From Octopus vulgaris (lineage: Eukaryota), in the NCBI GenBank assembly GCA_951406725.2, contig OX597831.1, positions 57,226,001-57,290,000 on the forward strand: 64,000 bases of DNA, read 5' to 3'. Made by a program: the position numbers and the translations under genes. Position 1 is the first letter of the stretch. The number at the start of each line of letters is the position of its first letter. This document shows, in pieces, positions 26,400 to 42,715 of the stretch. The notes below the pieces were generated by a model, which was given only the letters and a program-made list of their open reading frames with translations, had not been told where the DNA came from and ran no database searches.

Positions 26400-26689
26400 A
26401 GCTAGTTTCTGCTTTTTCGTCGGCTTCTTTCCTTCTTTCGCTGTTCACGCTTTGCCTGTCACCGTTGCCTTTTGCGCTCGTTGATGCTGCTGTTGATGAT
26501 GCTGTTGTTAACTTGTTGTTGTTACTGTAGTTGTTGTTGTTGTTGTGGTTGCGGTGGCATATGTGTCCGTGTGTGTGTGTGTGTGTGTTTTTTTTTCGTT
26601 TCGTGTGTAAAAAGTGTAAGTGACGGCGGTGGGTGTGTGTGTGTCGGTGACATACGTTAGTGATGTTGATAATGATTACAGATGTGGTT

Positions 26690-27290
26690 GTGGGGCGGTG
26701 TTGTAGTGATGGTGATGGTGATGGTGGTGATGGTGGTGGTGATGGTGGTGGTAGTGGTTAGAGGTGATCGACGAAATTATAGTAACGTGATGTTGGTGGT
26801 TGTGATTGCGGCGGCGGTGGTGGTGGCAGTGGCAGTGGCAGGGGGTGGGAGTGGAGAGAGGGGGAAAAAAAAACAATTTGATGTTATCAATGAAGGAGGT
26901 GATGGCAGTTGCTCTGGTTGTGATTGTGGTTTGCGTATCTGTATGTTGTGATGGTCATGGTTGGTATTGGTGGTGGTGGTGGTGGTAGCACTGGTGGCAG
27001 TGGTTGTAACAACGGGTGGTGGTGGTGGTGAAGGTGGTTAGTAGTGATGGTGGTGGTGGTGGTCGCGGTGAGAGCACCGAATGATGTCCGTGATGTGTCT
27101 GTTATTGTTGTTCAAACAGTAATGGTTATAGTGGCAGAGGTGGTGGTGGTAGTGGTGGTTACAACGGTGGTGGTAGTGGTGGTAGTGTCCGATGCTGCTT
27201 GCGGCGGGGGCGGGGAGTGCCGTGGTTACTCGTTACAGTAGTAGTGGTGGTGGCAATTGATGTGGTGGTTGTTGATAATGTTGTTGACGT
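26690..27290. repeat. Degenerate (GGT)n/(GAT)n low-complexity tract upstream of the exon
   Basis: Direct observation. Confidence 0.85.
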
Positions 27291-27394
27291 TATTGTTATG
27301 GTTTGGAGCAATCACGATTGTTTTCGATGAGGTGATCGATATTGTTTTCTTTTTTTTTTATCGTTAATGCAACTGTTGTTGCAATTATTGTACA

Positions 27395-27455
27395 ACCCCA
27401 GGTTCATTCCTGATCGAATAGACACTTAAGACACTCCTACTGCGACCATCCCGTG

Positions 27456-27534
<79 letters not shown>

Positions 27535-27660
27535 CGGACTGACAACGTAAATATTTAAAGTATCCTTTCCATATTTACGACAGTAGGGTTACGATTTGAA
27601 GGGGGAGATTTGGCTGCTATTTCTGGTAAATCGACCGACCGACCACGTAAAGGCTACGCT
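27395..27660 (-). mobile_element. Interspersed repeat family E (SINE-like), with microsatellite insertion
   Basis: Shares gatttggctgctatttct and accatccc motifs with 1075-1265, 7485-7700, 52550-52760 and 56345-56500. Confidence 0.5.
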
Positions 27661-27995
27661 GTTGTGATTGTAATTACATTTGCTTTAGTTGTATGTGGGT
27701 TTCCTGACAGTGATTGCCGTATTTGTTGCATGCGCGTACGTGTTTAGGTACATATGTAAGTATATATATATATATATATATATGAGTGCGTGCGTGTGTG
27801 TGTGTGTCGGTGTGTTTGTGCGCGCGTATGTATATATATATATATATATTTTCTTCTCGATACAGTCAGGTCTGTTGATATTCCAGGTCTAGATGATGCC
27901 GTTGATATTGTTGTGGTCGCTATAGCCTTTCTGCTTTTTGTTTTTTCACTATTGATTGTTGTTGTTTAGCCAAGAAGGAAAACATGCAGATAGAC

Positions 27996-28074
<79 letters not shown>

Positions 28075-28274
28075 AACAAAGACGGGATTGTATATAGCAC
28101 GTATGCCTTTTGTGTATAAATTTATGCGTACGTATAAATAATTGTTATACATCTGTAGGTATAGAATATAGGTGTGCGCATGCATTCATTTACATACACA
28201 TGTCTGTTATATACATATATGTGTGCGTTAACGAATATTTACAATTACACACGTATGGGTATGTATATACATAT

Positions 28275-28344
<70 letters not shown>

Positions 28345-28476
28345 TAAATCCTTAAAAATTTTTTAGCCCGAAGGCCGCGGTCATGCTGGGGCACCACCGC
28401 TGAATTGAGCTACACTAATATATAAATATCTCTATATATAAAACTGTATATATATAAAACTGAGATTCAGTAAATA

Positions 28477-28529
<53 letters not shown>

Positions 28530-28840
28530 TGTGTATGTGTAAATATTTGTGTGTGTGTGTGTGCGCCCAGGAGTAGATACGTGTTCGTTATGCGTGCGTG
28601 TGTGTGTGATTGTGTGTGATTGTGTGTGAGTGTGTGTGTGAGTGTGTGCGTGTGTGTGTATGTGTGCGTGTGTGTGTGTGTGTGTCTGCACGTGCGCGCG
28701 TGTGTATAAAGATGACTGTATGTATATTTTTTTGAATGGGAGAAATCCAAGACACTGCAGTATGTTTGTTCCTACAACTGTCACTATTTCTTCTGATGAC
28801 CACACTTACATTGACCTCTCCCTGTCTTTCCCTCAGACAG

Positions 28841-28884
<44 letters not shown>

Positions 28885-28919
28885 TCTCTCTCTCTCTCTC
28901 TCTCTTTCTCTCTGTTTTA

Positions 28920-28966
<47 letters not shown>

Positions 28967-29024
28967 TCACAAAATTTCTCTCGCTACGTATGTGCATGCT
29001 TACATATATAAATAAATATACGTG

Positions 29025-29450
<426 letters not shown>

Positions 29451-29555
29451 AATATATATTCCTTTCGTGATTTATGCTTCATAGAACACAGAAGTATGAA
29501 ACTTCCAACACATGTGCATTAATTACTCTACATATACGCAAATGTGTGCGTATAC

Positions 29556-29605
<50 letters not shown>

Positions 29606-29992
29606 ACACACATGTAATATGTATACATACACATACATACACATATATCCATATACAAGAACATATTTATATGTGTATGTGTGTGTACGTACGTTTGTAT
29701 GTATACATATGGATAGCATTTATACACCCATATATATCGGATTATATATACGAATATATATACATATATATATAAATGCACAACCACATGTATAAGCACA
29801 CATGCCCCCGCACATAATGGTAATTGCATGCTGATATGGACAGCATTTAATGAATGAAGTACTCAATACCGCCATTTAGGGTGGAATAATATCATTTATT
29901 CAAAGCCTATGTTTATTTGCTGTTTATAAGTTTATAAATATTTATGTTTGTGTACGTGTGTGCGCGCATGTTGTTGATCTGTGCGTGTGTGT

Positions 29993-30050
<58 letters not shown>

Positions 30051-30191
30051 GCGTATTTTTATTTAAAAGAGTCCAACAAGATATGTTTAGTTTCGTCCGG
30101 AGACATTTCAAGCGTAGGTACAAGGTAGCAAAAAGATAGAAGGCCTAATTAGGTACCGCTGTACAAGCACCGGCGGGACATAGACACATTA

Positions 30192-30228
<37 letters not shown>

Positions 30229-30234
30229 CACACA

Positions 30235-30314
<80 letters not shown>

Positions 30315-30345
30315 CTGCTGTATGTTGGGAGAGTCATTCTCTTTT

Positions 30346-30460
30346 AGTGCCTTATAATATAACACAATCATCGGTAAAAGTTTGACTCATTTACTTATAG
30401 AAAAATGAATAAGTAAATGCATGGAAATTTTACCGTTGAGTGTACTAAATTATAATAAGA
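30346..30460. repeat. Imperfect palindrome (MITE-like)
   Basis: ttataat..cggtaaaa..catttacttat / ataagtaaatg..ttttaccg..attataa. Confidence 0.55.
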
Positions 30461-30509
30461 CAACAAAATACGCTTCAATCCACGAACTCACATAAAGAAT
30501 CTTGCAAAC

Positions 30510-30565
<56 letters not shown>

Positions 30566-30640
30566 CAGTCTACTATCACAACTGCCCGACGAACGGGACT
30601 TACAATTCTGTGATAAATTTCCAGATTTAATGAAAGGTAT

Positions 30641-30724
<84 letters not shown>

Positions 30725-30813
30725 GTATAGGTATGTGATATACATACATGCATGCATACACACACATATGTATGCGTGTATACATATATATGTGTGTATG
30801 CGTGAGTATATGT

Positions 30814-30862
<49 letters not shown>

Positions 30863-31368
30863 GATATATACACATATATGTGAGTGCATGTGTGTGTGTC
30901 TGTGTGTAAGTATGTATGTATGTATGTATGTATGTATGTATACCGCTCTTTCTCTGCTTTTCTTGCAATCATACACATTTTCTCTGTTTCGCTGTTCGTT
31001 TTTTTGTTTTTGTTTTTCATTCTTTATTTTTTCGTTCCCGCCTCCTCTTATACTTTTCAATTTCTCTTTCTCTGTCTGTCTTTCAGTGTTTCTTTATCTG
31101 TCTCTCTATCCGTCTCTCTATCTCTATCTATATTTGTCTCTCTATCCGCTGTCTCTCTCATTCTCCCTCTCTCTGTTTCCCTTTCGATATCCTCAAACAC
31201 ACACTTTTTCCTCACTTATTTTACTGTTTCTTTATTACACATTATTCATCACTATTTCACTCTCATCCTAAATCTTTCTTTCCTTTCTTTTGTGCTTTCT
31301 TCTGTCTCCTTTCCTTCTTTCTTTCTTTCTTTTTTCCTTTCTTCGTTTCTTTGTTTCTTTCTTTCCTC

Positions 31369-31416
<48 letters not shown>

Positions 31417-31798
31417 ATTTTCTTCTTTTCTAGGTATAGATGTCTATGTATGTATGTATGTATGTATGTATGTATGTATGTATGTATGTATGTATGTATG
31501 TATATATGTACAAAATACATACATATATACATAGATATATACGTATATGAAACACACACACACACACATACACATATATATACACACACATACACTATAA
31601 TACATATATATATATATATGTTTATATACAAATGTGTCTATATATCTACCTCTCTCTCTCTTTCTCTCTCTCTACATATATATATATATACAATTATATG
31701 TATATGTATATATATATATGTGTGTGTGTATATATGTATATCTATGTATGTATGCATCTATCTATCTATCTATCAATCTATCTATCTATCTATCTATC

Positions 31799-31847
<49 letters not shown>

Positions 31848-31866
31848 GAGAGAGAGAGAGAGAGAG

Positions 31867-31946
31867 AGCAGAAGCAACAGAGTGACTGAAGGTCCAAGAG
31901 TTTCGCACGAAACTCTCGGACCGTCAGTCACTCTGTTGCTTCTGCT
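31867..31946. repeat. Near-perfect 80 bp palindrome (39 bp arms, 2 mismatches, 2 nt loop)
   Basis: agcagaagcaacagagtgactga..gagtttcg-ca-cgaaactc..tcagtcactctgttgcttctgct. Confidence 0.95.
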
Positions 31947-32033
31947 AAATATTAATAAATTCATACATGTACTCATATTTTGAGTTCTAGTTTTCCTGTT
32001 TGCACCAGCATATCTACATATAGATATGTGTGT

Positions 32034-32103
<70 letters not shown>

Positions 32104-32467
32104 ACGTATGGTAAGCATGTGAGCATGTATACATTTATAGGAAGGTAAATTGTAAGGCAATTCTAATTTATCGAAGAACTTTTTGACCTGAATCAATTTC
32201 TTCTGCTACGTAAAATGTTCTTATCTTTTTCACTCTGACGTCCCTTTCTCTTCTTCATCCAACTTTCTCTACCTCTCTCTCTCTCTATCCCCCTTCTCTG
32301 TCTCTCTATCTCTTACATTCACTCTCTCTCTCTCTTTTTCAGTCTCTCTCTCTCTCTCTCTCTCTATTGTACTTTATGCTATATCATCTCTATACTTTAT
32401 TCTTTATCATCGTCTGTTGCTCTCCAATGGCAACTTATATCTATCTGTTTATCTATCTATCTGTCTG

Positions 32468-32548
<81 letters not shown>

Positions 32549-32580
32549 ATTTCTCTCTCTATATATATATATATACACAC

Positions 32581-33545
<965 letters not shown>

Positions 33546-34124
33546 CTACGAGAACACTGTTACCTATCACGCACTCTCTCTCCCTCTAGCCTTCGCGTAT
33601 TCATACTCTCCCTTAAAAGTAACCTCTCTCTCTCTCCTAATGCCTCACTTTTTCCTACACGCCCTTTCTCTTTCTCTCTCTCCTACTGTCTCACTTTTTC
33701 CTACACGCTCTTTCTGTTTCTCTCTCTCTCTCTCTTATCATTTCTCCTTGTCATTCCTATCAGCACTCATCTCTCAGGAAGACTTGAAGGAGAGAATGTA
33801 TTCTATTCGTCTCTCACCTTCACCTTTATCCATAAATCTCTGTCTCTCTCTCTTTCTTTCTCTCTCCCTCTCTCTCTTCGCTCACTATATCTCTTTACTA
33901 CCTCACTGTTTCTCTCTATCCTCTTCACTGTTTCTCTCCTTATTTCTCTCCCTTTCTTTCTCTCTGTCTGTCTCTCTCAATCTGTCTCTCTCTCTTTCTC
34001 TCAATTTCTCACCTTGCCTACAAAATATTTTGCATTTTTTCCTTTGCATTACATCCATATCAATCCAACAATCTGACAATAATTGTTTACTTTATCTACT
34101 CACGTCATTTTCCTCCTATCTATC

Positions 34125-34208
<84 letters not shown>

Positions 34209-34298
34209 CATCCATCTATCTATCTGTCTGCTTGTCTGTCTCTCAGCCTGTCTATCAGTCTGTCAATCCATCCATATTTGTATACATATATATATGTA

Positions 34299-34477
<179 letters not shown>

Positions 34478-34749
34478 TATGTTTGTGCGTGTATGTGCAC
34501 GTATGTAAATATATGTGTGAGCGAGCGCGCTCACACGAGTGTATCTATGTGTATGTATGCATGTATGTATATGTGTATACACACACACACACATATGCTT
34601 TTTTGTTATCCGTTTCGAAGCCTCTTCTGATTGTCTTCTCTCTCGCTCACCTTGCGATCACATCAACTGTTTTCTTCCTATTTCTGATTTGTTCCTCTGT
34701 CTTCACTTGTCTCTTTCCTTTTTATCAGGCAATCTGCCAGTTCATCATT

Positions 34750-34828
<79 letters not shown>

Positions 34829-35087
34829 TACAGGCTCGCAAACAGAGACACGCTCGCACGCACACACACACACACACACACACACATTACACGCACACAC
34901 GCTCGCAAACACTGACACACTCGCACACACACGCACACACACACACACACAGACGCTGAATATATACACTTTCCATATGTATTTGTGCGCGTATATATAT
35001 ATATATATCATATATACATCTATATACATATATGCGTGTGTATGTGTGCGTGCGCGTGTATATATATGTGTATGTATATATATATAC

Positions 35088-35130
<43 letters not shown>

Positions 35131-35257
35131 TTTATGTGTGTATGTAGTAATGTATGTGATATATTTACGTCCATGTGCATGTGTTCGTGTGTTTACATAT
35201 ACTTTAAGTTATTCATAGCATAAAAATAGTGAATATATACAAATAGATACACGTACA

Positions 35258-35801
35258 TCTATATTAATAAAAGCGAAATTCTGTCTGTCCGGTTGGGACC
35301 CCTGTATCTCTGTCTGCATTTGCTCTACATATACATATACCATTTTGGAATCGGGATGATCCTGGGATTGAAAATCTACCCTTCATTTGGTTCTTGATCA
35401 TCCAGCATTGCGATTTGATTTAAAAGCATTTGGGTTGCTATTTCTAGCAGGTAAAGCTCGACAAATTCATGCCATCCTGGTTGGTGTTTGTCAGATGATG
35501 TCAGAGATCAAGTGCGAGAAAAATGATATTCGCTTCGTTAATTTTACGTCGAGATAAGAACTTTGGGAAAACTCGGTCAACAGTTGGAATTAAACTTGAG
35601 ACTGGAACAGTAGAATGATTGCATTACAGAATTAATTCTCATTCGTCCTTAACCTCTGACCAAACGCCACCGAGCAATATAGACATTATAGACGTATAAC
35701 AGTCACGCTATGTAACTCTCTATAGTTTTGGGCCGCGGGTGCAATTAGCTCTCCGTAGGAGTTAGCTTAAAGGTCTACACACAGTGCGGTTTTAAAGCTA
35801 G
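35258..35801 (+). mobile_element. Non-autonomous Helitron
   Basis: A|TC 5' end, subterminal imperfect hairpin, CTAG|T 3' end. Confidence 0.7.
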
Positions 35802-36034
35802 TTTATATATAAATAGGTACACATGGGTGTTCACACGCGAAGAAGGCTCGCTAGTCGAATCGTTATAGATCGTCCTATAATCTGCTTGTCAGTATTTGTT
35901 CGGCCTTCTTAACATTTCGAGTTCATATCCCATCGAGATCAACTTTTCTTTTCGTCCCAATCGTTCGATAAACTTAAGTAGTAGTGTTGCACGGTGGTCG
36001 ATGATATCGGCTAACCGCCTTCCTCACAAATATC

Positions 36035-36411
36035 TTGTACTTGTTTCAGTCATTAGACTGCGGCCTTTCTGGGGTGCCACCTTGAAGTATTTTTAGTCGA
36101 ATGAATCGATCTCAGAACTTATTTTTTTTAAGGCTTGGTACTTATTTCATCGGTCTCTTAGGACGAACCGGTAATTTACGGGGACGTGAACACACCAACA
36201 CCGGCTGTCAAGTGGTGTGAGAGCACAAACACAGACGCACACACGCACACACTTACATACACATATATACGACGGTCTTCTTTAAGTTTCCGTCTACTAA
36301 ATACACTCACAAAGTTCTGGACAGTCTGAACTTATAGTACAAGACACTTGCCCAAGGTGCCACGCAGTGAATGGATGAATGTATTTCCAGGCGAGGTCAA
36401 CTTTGCCTGTC

Positions 36412-36477
<66 letters not shown>

Positions 36478-36708
36478 ATATGTATGTATGTGTGTGTGTT
36501 TTTACATTCTGTGTTTGTCCCCCCACCATCGCTTGACAACCGAAGTTGGTGTATTTTCGACACTAGCGGTTCGGCAAAAGAAACCGATAGAATAAGTACT
36601 AGGCTTATAAAGAATAAATCCTGGGGTTGATTCGTTCGACCAAAGGCGGTGCTCCAGCATGACTGCAGTCAAATGACTGAAACAAATAAACGAATAAAAG
36701 AATAAAGA
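36035..36708. mobile_element. Two opposed SINE family B partial copies (36035-36370 minus; 36407-36708 plus)
   Basis: Family B homology on opposite strands. Confidence 0.8.
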
Positions 36709-36723
36709 ACATATATATATATA

Positions 36724-37245
36724 ACTCCAAGAAAGTTAGGGGTTGTGAATCCAACCCACTAAGGGATAATATCTATCCAATATACTACTGGTAGAATACC
36801 CAATTATTAATACAAAAATATTTTTATTGCATTGCAATTACATTACCTAGTGTATTAAATGGGTGAAGGTAAAGAGATATTTTACCATTAATTTATATCG
36901 CAAATAAGAAAATGGAAGAGAACAATAGGTGGTTCATCAACTTTTGGACATTAAAATGTTAACTTATTTATTTATCAAACTGATAATTATAATAACATAC
37001 ATGCATATAGCATAATATTCTTTGCATATAAGATATAAGATATAAAATATAGTAATACATAATAATTACTGGTATCCTTATATATTACTATATTTTATAT
37101 CTTATATCTTATATGCAAAGAATAATATGCTATACGTATGTATGTTATTATAATTATCAGTTTAATAAATAAATAAGTTAACATTTTGATGTCCAAAAGT
37201 TGATGAACCACTTATTGTTCTCCTCCATTTTCTTATTTGCGATAC
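36724..37245. mobile_element. (TA)n-embedded repeat with a ~350 bp palindrome (36897-37243)
   Basis: Arms of ~160 bp; the unique left part matches 21290-21460. Confidence 0.85.
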
Positions 37246-37254
37246 ATATATATG

Positions 37255-37296
<42 letters not shown>

Positions 37297-37301
<5 letters not shown>

Positions 37302-37491
37302 ATCCAAACAAGAAAACACAAAAATACAACAACGCGAGGACGTGGAACAAATATAGTATTATTGGACGCTCAGGAAAGAAGGGTTTAACGTTTCGAGCGG
37401 AGCTCTTCGTCGGAAACATAGGAGAAGGAAAGATCCAGAGAAGGGAAGACAGGAAAAAAATCGACAACGGTACACACGATGTCACATTTTG
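37297..37491 (-). mobile_element. Hammerhead-bearing (TA)n-embedded repeat
   Basis: Reverse complement of 37383-37417 reads gttt-CCGACGA-a-GAGC-tcc-GCTC-GAAA-cgtt-aaac; a related copy with deleted core lies at 49692-49878. Confidence 0.75.
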
Positions 37492-37582
37492 ATATATATA
37501 TATATTCTCTAGATACATTTCGAGATAGTTTCATCCTATGAGCATGGATCTGAGTCGAACTGTTATTAAATAATGCAAGAGA

Positions 37583-37651
<69 letters not shown>

Positions 37652-38144
37652 AGTAAGAATAGCCGCAAGGAAGTAAGACTGTCAGACAACAATTAAGACC
37701 AGCTTCATATGAAAAGAGGTGATAATCTCGAGAAACAAGAATTCTCCAAGGCTGACATGCTCATTGTCTGGATGTAAGACAAGAGTCGGGGTCAGATGTT
37801 CCTGCCTCAATAGATATCATCAGAACGATCGTTGTCCAATCTTATCTCCAGTAATCAAGAGACATAGACTTATACAAAAAAGTGTAGAAATTAAGTTATT
37901 AGCTTGGTGATTTGCATAATTGGAACAAAATAAGCTAAGTCAATAACTCGAAGCGGCAATTGCGTAATACGTTCCATTCTTTTTGTAAAGTCTTTTTTCT
38001 GAAACGAAAATATTTCGTAAATATTTCACGTCTTTAACCTTTCCATTATGAAAGATATATATCAGTAAGTTGGTCATGGCTCATGAGCTTTGTCCTGAAA
38101 AATTTACTTATCTGTTATTCAATGGTAAAAGTATATATATATGT

Positions 38145-38203
<59 letters not shown>

Positions 38204-38379
38204 CATATATGCATGAGAATACATACATAAAACGTACAAATATGTATATACATACATACATACATTCATACATACATACATACAAAAATACTATGTTGTT
38301 GATGCTGTAATTCCAAACCGGTTCTTTCCCTATTGGCAAGAAATCTTGAAATAAACTGAATAATAATATACATACATTA

Positions 38380-38477
38380 GTCCCACTGTGTAACATCTTG
38401 GGCAAGTGTCATCTACTATAGCCTCGAGCTGAGCAAAGCCTTGTGAGTGGATTTGGTAGAAATTGAAAGAAGCCCGT

Positions 38478-38514
<37 letters not shown>

Positions 38515-38705
38515 TTGTGTGTGTCTATGTTTGTCCCCTGTCATCGCTTGACAACCGATGTTAGTGTGTTTACGTCCCGTTAACTTAGCGGGGTGGCAAG
38601 ATAGGCCGATAGAATAATTCCTGGGATCCAATTTGTTCGACGACAGGCGTTGCTCCAGCATGACTGCAGTCAGATGGCTGAAACAAATAAAAGCATAAAA
38701 GAATA
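38380..38705 (+). mobile_element. SINE family B
   Basis: cttgggcaagtgtc CORE-like block, internal (TG)n, and tail. Confidence 0.85.
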
Positions 38706-38707
38706 GA

Positions 38708-38769
<62 letters not shown>

Positions 38770-38785
38770 AAACTTATAATAGATG

Positions 38786-38937
38786 AACAAACGAGAAACA
38801 GGCACAGAAGGACGCCAAATGCTCATCAGCTGTCGGTCAGCGCATCAAACGCAATTTCGCGCCTTAAGGTGTCTGACCCACTGGCTGATAAGTGATGAAG
38901 ATTTAGTGACCTTCTACGTCTGTTTCCCGTTTGTTTG
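38786..38937. repeat. Imperfect ~150 bp palindrome (MITE-like)
   Basis: aacaaacgagaaacaggcacagaagg / ccttctacgtctgtttcccgtttgtt. Confidence 0.65.
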
Positions 38938-39097
38938 TACATTTATCATGTTTTTAACTTATAAGTTAAAGCAACGCTACGTACCGGATTAATTCACATA
39001 CATACATACATACATACATACATACATACATACATACATACATACATACATACATACATACATAGGTACGTACGTACATACATACATACATGCATAC

Positions 39098-39137
<40 letters not shown>

Positions 39138-39138
<1 letters not shown>

Positions 39139-39292
39139 GAGGGGCAATGGCCCAGTGGTTAAGGCTGCGGACTCGCGGTCGGAGGATCGCGGTTTCGATT
39201 CCCAGTCCGGGCGTTGTATGTGTTTATTGAGCGAAAACACCTAAAGCTCCACGAGGCTCCGGCAGGGGGTGGGTGGCGACCCCTGTCGTACT

Positions 39293-39295
<3 letters not shown>
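39138..39295 (+). mobile_element. SINE family C, 5' part
   Basis: tRNA-like head tggcccagtggttaagg..ggtttcgattccc. Confidence 0.85.
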
Positions 39296-39336
<41 letters not shown>

Positions 39337-39682
39337 GCGTGGCTGTCTGGTAAGTAAATTGCTTTCCAACCAGATAGCTTTGGCTTCAGTCCCACTGCGT
39401 GACACCTTGGGCAAATGTCTTCTACAGTCTCGGGCCGACCGAAGCCTTGTGAGTGGATTTGGTAGACGGAAACTGAAAGAAGACTGTCGTATATATGTAT
39501 GTATGTATGTATATATTTGTGTGTTTGTGTCTGTGTTTGACCTTCCACCATCGCTTGACAACCGAACTTGGTGTGTTTACATCCCCGTTACTTGGCAGTT
39601 GGACAAAAGACACCGATAGAATAAGTACCAGGCTTAGCACAAAGAATAAGTCCAGGTGTTGATTTCTTCGACTAAAAGGCAG
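39337..39682 (+). mobile_element. SINE family B
   Basis: Family homology. Confidence 0.85.
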
Positions 39683-40286
39683 TACTTCTGTCTCTCCTGT
39701 CATCCGCTCTCTCCTTCTCTCCTCCCTCTCTCTCTCTCTCTTTCTCTCTCTCGCTCTCCCCTTCTCCTTCCATATATACTGCTCTCAATCTCTTCTTATC
39801 TTTACCTACCCCTCTTCCGCATGTACACCTCCCATCGTTTGAGTACAAAAATGCTACATGCTCGTCGACGTCCTCATAACGCCATTCCCGTCCCCTTGTC
39901 TGTCTGCTTGTCTGTCTGTCTGTCTACCGGCCTGCCTGCCTGCCTGCCTCTCCCCTTGTCTGTCTGTTTGTCTGTCCGTCTTTCTTCTTGATGTCTAGTC
40001 TTACTGCAAACGTCTTTGACGAGCAGTAAAAGAAATATATATTTACACACACACACGCACATATATGCACATACACGTCCTTATTACATATCCAAACTAT
40101 CATACTCATAAACGCTTTCGCAATTATATACACTCATTGACTGCGCCTCCGTCTGTTGTATCTCTCCTCCTTCTCCCACTTTTTCTCCCTCTCTCTTTTT
40201 CGTTATATCTTTCTCCCTTCTCTCTCTCTCTTCCACTCATTGTCTTTGTCTCTGTCTGCGTCTCTAACTCGTCTCTCTGTTTTCAT

Positions 40287-40332
<46 letters not shown>

Positions 40333-40439
40333 CAGACACACACACACACACTCATACACACACTCCTACACACATTCAGTTCTGTATGGGACATTGATTC
40401 AGCCTGCCTACTGGATGTACTCTCATGTAAAATTATAAG

Positions 40440-40478
40440 CACACACGCACACACACACAGACACGCAGACACACACAG

Positions 40479-40510
<32 letters not shown>

Positions 40511-41187
40511 GCACACATATGTACTCACACATGCGCAAGTGCATATGGAAACCTATGTTCATGCGTACATATATATGTACATGTTCGTATACACACACAC
40601 ACATGATTGCATGTATGTATGTATGTATATGTGTGCATGCGTGCTTATACACACACATACATACATACATACACATACATACATACATACATAATACATA
40701 CATACATACATACACACACATACATACATACATACATACATACATACACACACATACATGCATACATACACACACATACATACATACATACATACATACA
40801 TACATACATACATACACACACACATACATACATACGAACATACATACATACACACACACATACATACATACATACATACATACATACATACATACATACA
40901 TACATACATACATACATACACACATACGTACATAGACACATACACACACACACGTACATACAACCACGGAAACGATGAAGAGTGAACCGTGTAATGGAAC
41001 CAAATACTTTTTTTCGTATTGTAATTGGTTTTCTACATCGACACTTGACCGCAGCAAAACCACCACCGCCGCCGCCGCCGCCACCGTCGCCGCCACCACG
41101 CCTACGACGACGATGACCACCACCACCACCACCACCACCACCACCACCACCACCACCACCACCACTACTACTACTACTACTACCACC

Positions 41188-41279
<92 letters not shown>

Positions 41280-41308
41280 TGCTGTTTTTGCTGCTGCTGC
41301 TGCCACCG
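40440..41308. repeat. (CA)n/(ATAC)n arrays followed by compound (ACC)n(ACT)n(GCT)n
   Basis: Direct observation. Confidence 0.9.
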
Positions 41309-41860
41309 CTTATTCTTCTCTTGTACTCTGCTACTCTGCATGTTATTCTTAATTTCTTCATTCATTCATTCATTCATTCATTCATTCATTCTTTCATTCA
41401 TTCATTCATTTTGCTTCGTTCTTCCCGGTCGAGCGAATGTTGCAACATCTTTAAACGCAAACGGTGGCAAAATACACACTCACACACACAGACACACACA
41501 TACATACGCACATACACACACATGCTCTCACAAACGCACATGCTCTCTCTCACACACACACACACGCACACACACGCATGCACACATGCAAATCCTCCTC
41601 ATACACACGCACATACCCACATACAAGCACTCACACACACTCACACATAGACATATACAAGAACATTTATCCTTGCCCATACTCAAACACCTGATACGAA
41701 TACTATACACCTACGTATCAGATACACACTTAAAATATAAGTATACTTACGAATAAATATACATTCGTTCAGAAGTGCAGAATTTCGCATGCTGGCAGAT
41801 CAACTATGGACATACATACAAGCGTCTGAATGATCACACATTTGAAAAAAGTATGTGTGT

Positions 41861-41928
<68 letters not shown>

Positions 41929-41951
41929 CATATATGTATGTATGTATTATG

Positions 41952-42506
41952 TCAGGTCACTTTCGAATGCTACTGGTAACATGTAACCCAGTACAACCTG
42001 TTGCATGGTCGGGTCGTCGGCGACTAAACCGGCCACCCCACCAATGTTGCCTGGTGAGGTGGGTGTTTATTGGACATCCTGCGGGATGAAAAACAAAACC
42101 CGTCAAAGGGCGGAGGAACTCTTGAGAGTCAACGGCCATCTAATAAATGTCTTAAGGCTGTATCATGCGCGGGGACATAAGAATAATCGGACTGAATACC
42201 CGATCGCGCGGTTAAACCATTGGGAGTGAAGGACTCCTAGCCTTTGTTAGGGCATCCTTCTAGGAGAAGGTAACTCAGGTAACTGGGATAACTCCGATAT
42301 AAAACCTGCAGCTCAGTGGTTACCGATGATGTTGACTTGTTCTTCTTTTCGGATTATGGCTGCTGTTGCTTAGTGAGTGGGATTGACTCTGTGCACAGCC
42401 TTTCCTCACTTTAAAAAAAATCTTCTTGCACAGGCATTGCACGATAACAACATTGATTAAGCTTCTTGCAATGGCCATACTCGATAACGAGGGGGCAGTC
42501 ACCAAA
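41952..42506 (+). mobile_element. Non-autonomous RTE-derived element (5'UTR plus 3' tail) in (TATG)n
   Basis: gggcatccttctaggagaaggtaactc..aaacc resembles RTE 5'UTRs; the stem-loop tail ctcg-ataa-cgag is followed by (tatg)n. Confidence 0.5.
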
Positions 42507-42715
42507 TGTATGTATGTATGTCTTATGTATGTATCTATGCATGCGCGTATATATTCATGTATGTATGAATGTATGCATGTATGTATGTCTGTGTATGTAT
42601 GGGTGTATGTAATTACGTATGCATCTATGCATGCATGTATGTATGTATACTTGCATGCATGTATGTAAGTATGTATGTATGTATGTGTGTATATATGTAC
42701 GTATGCATCTTCTGT

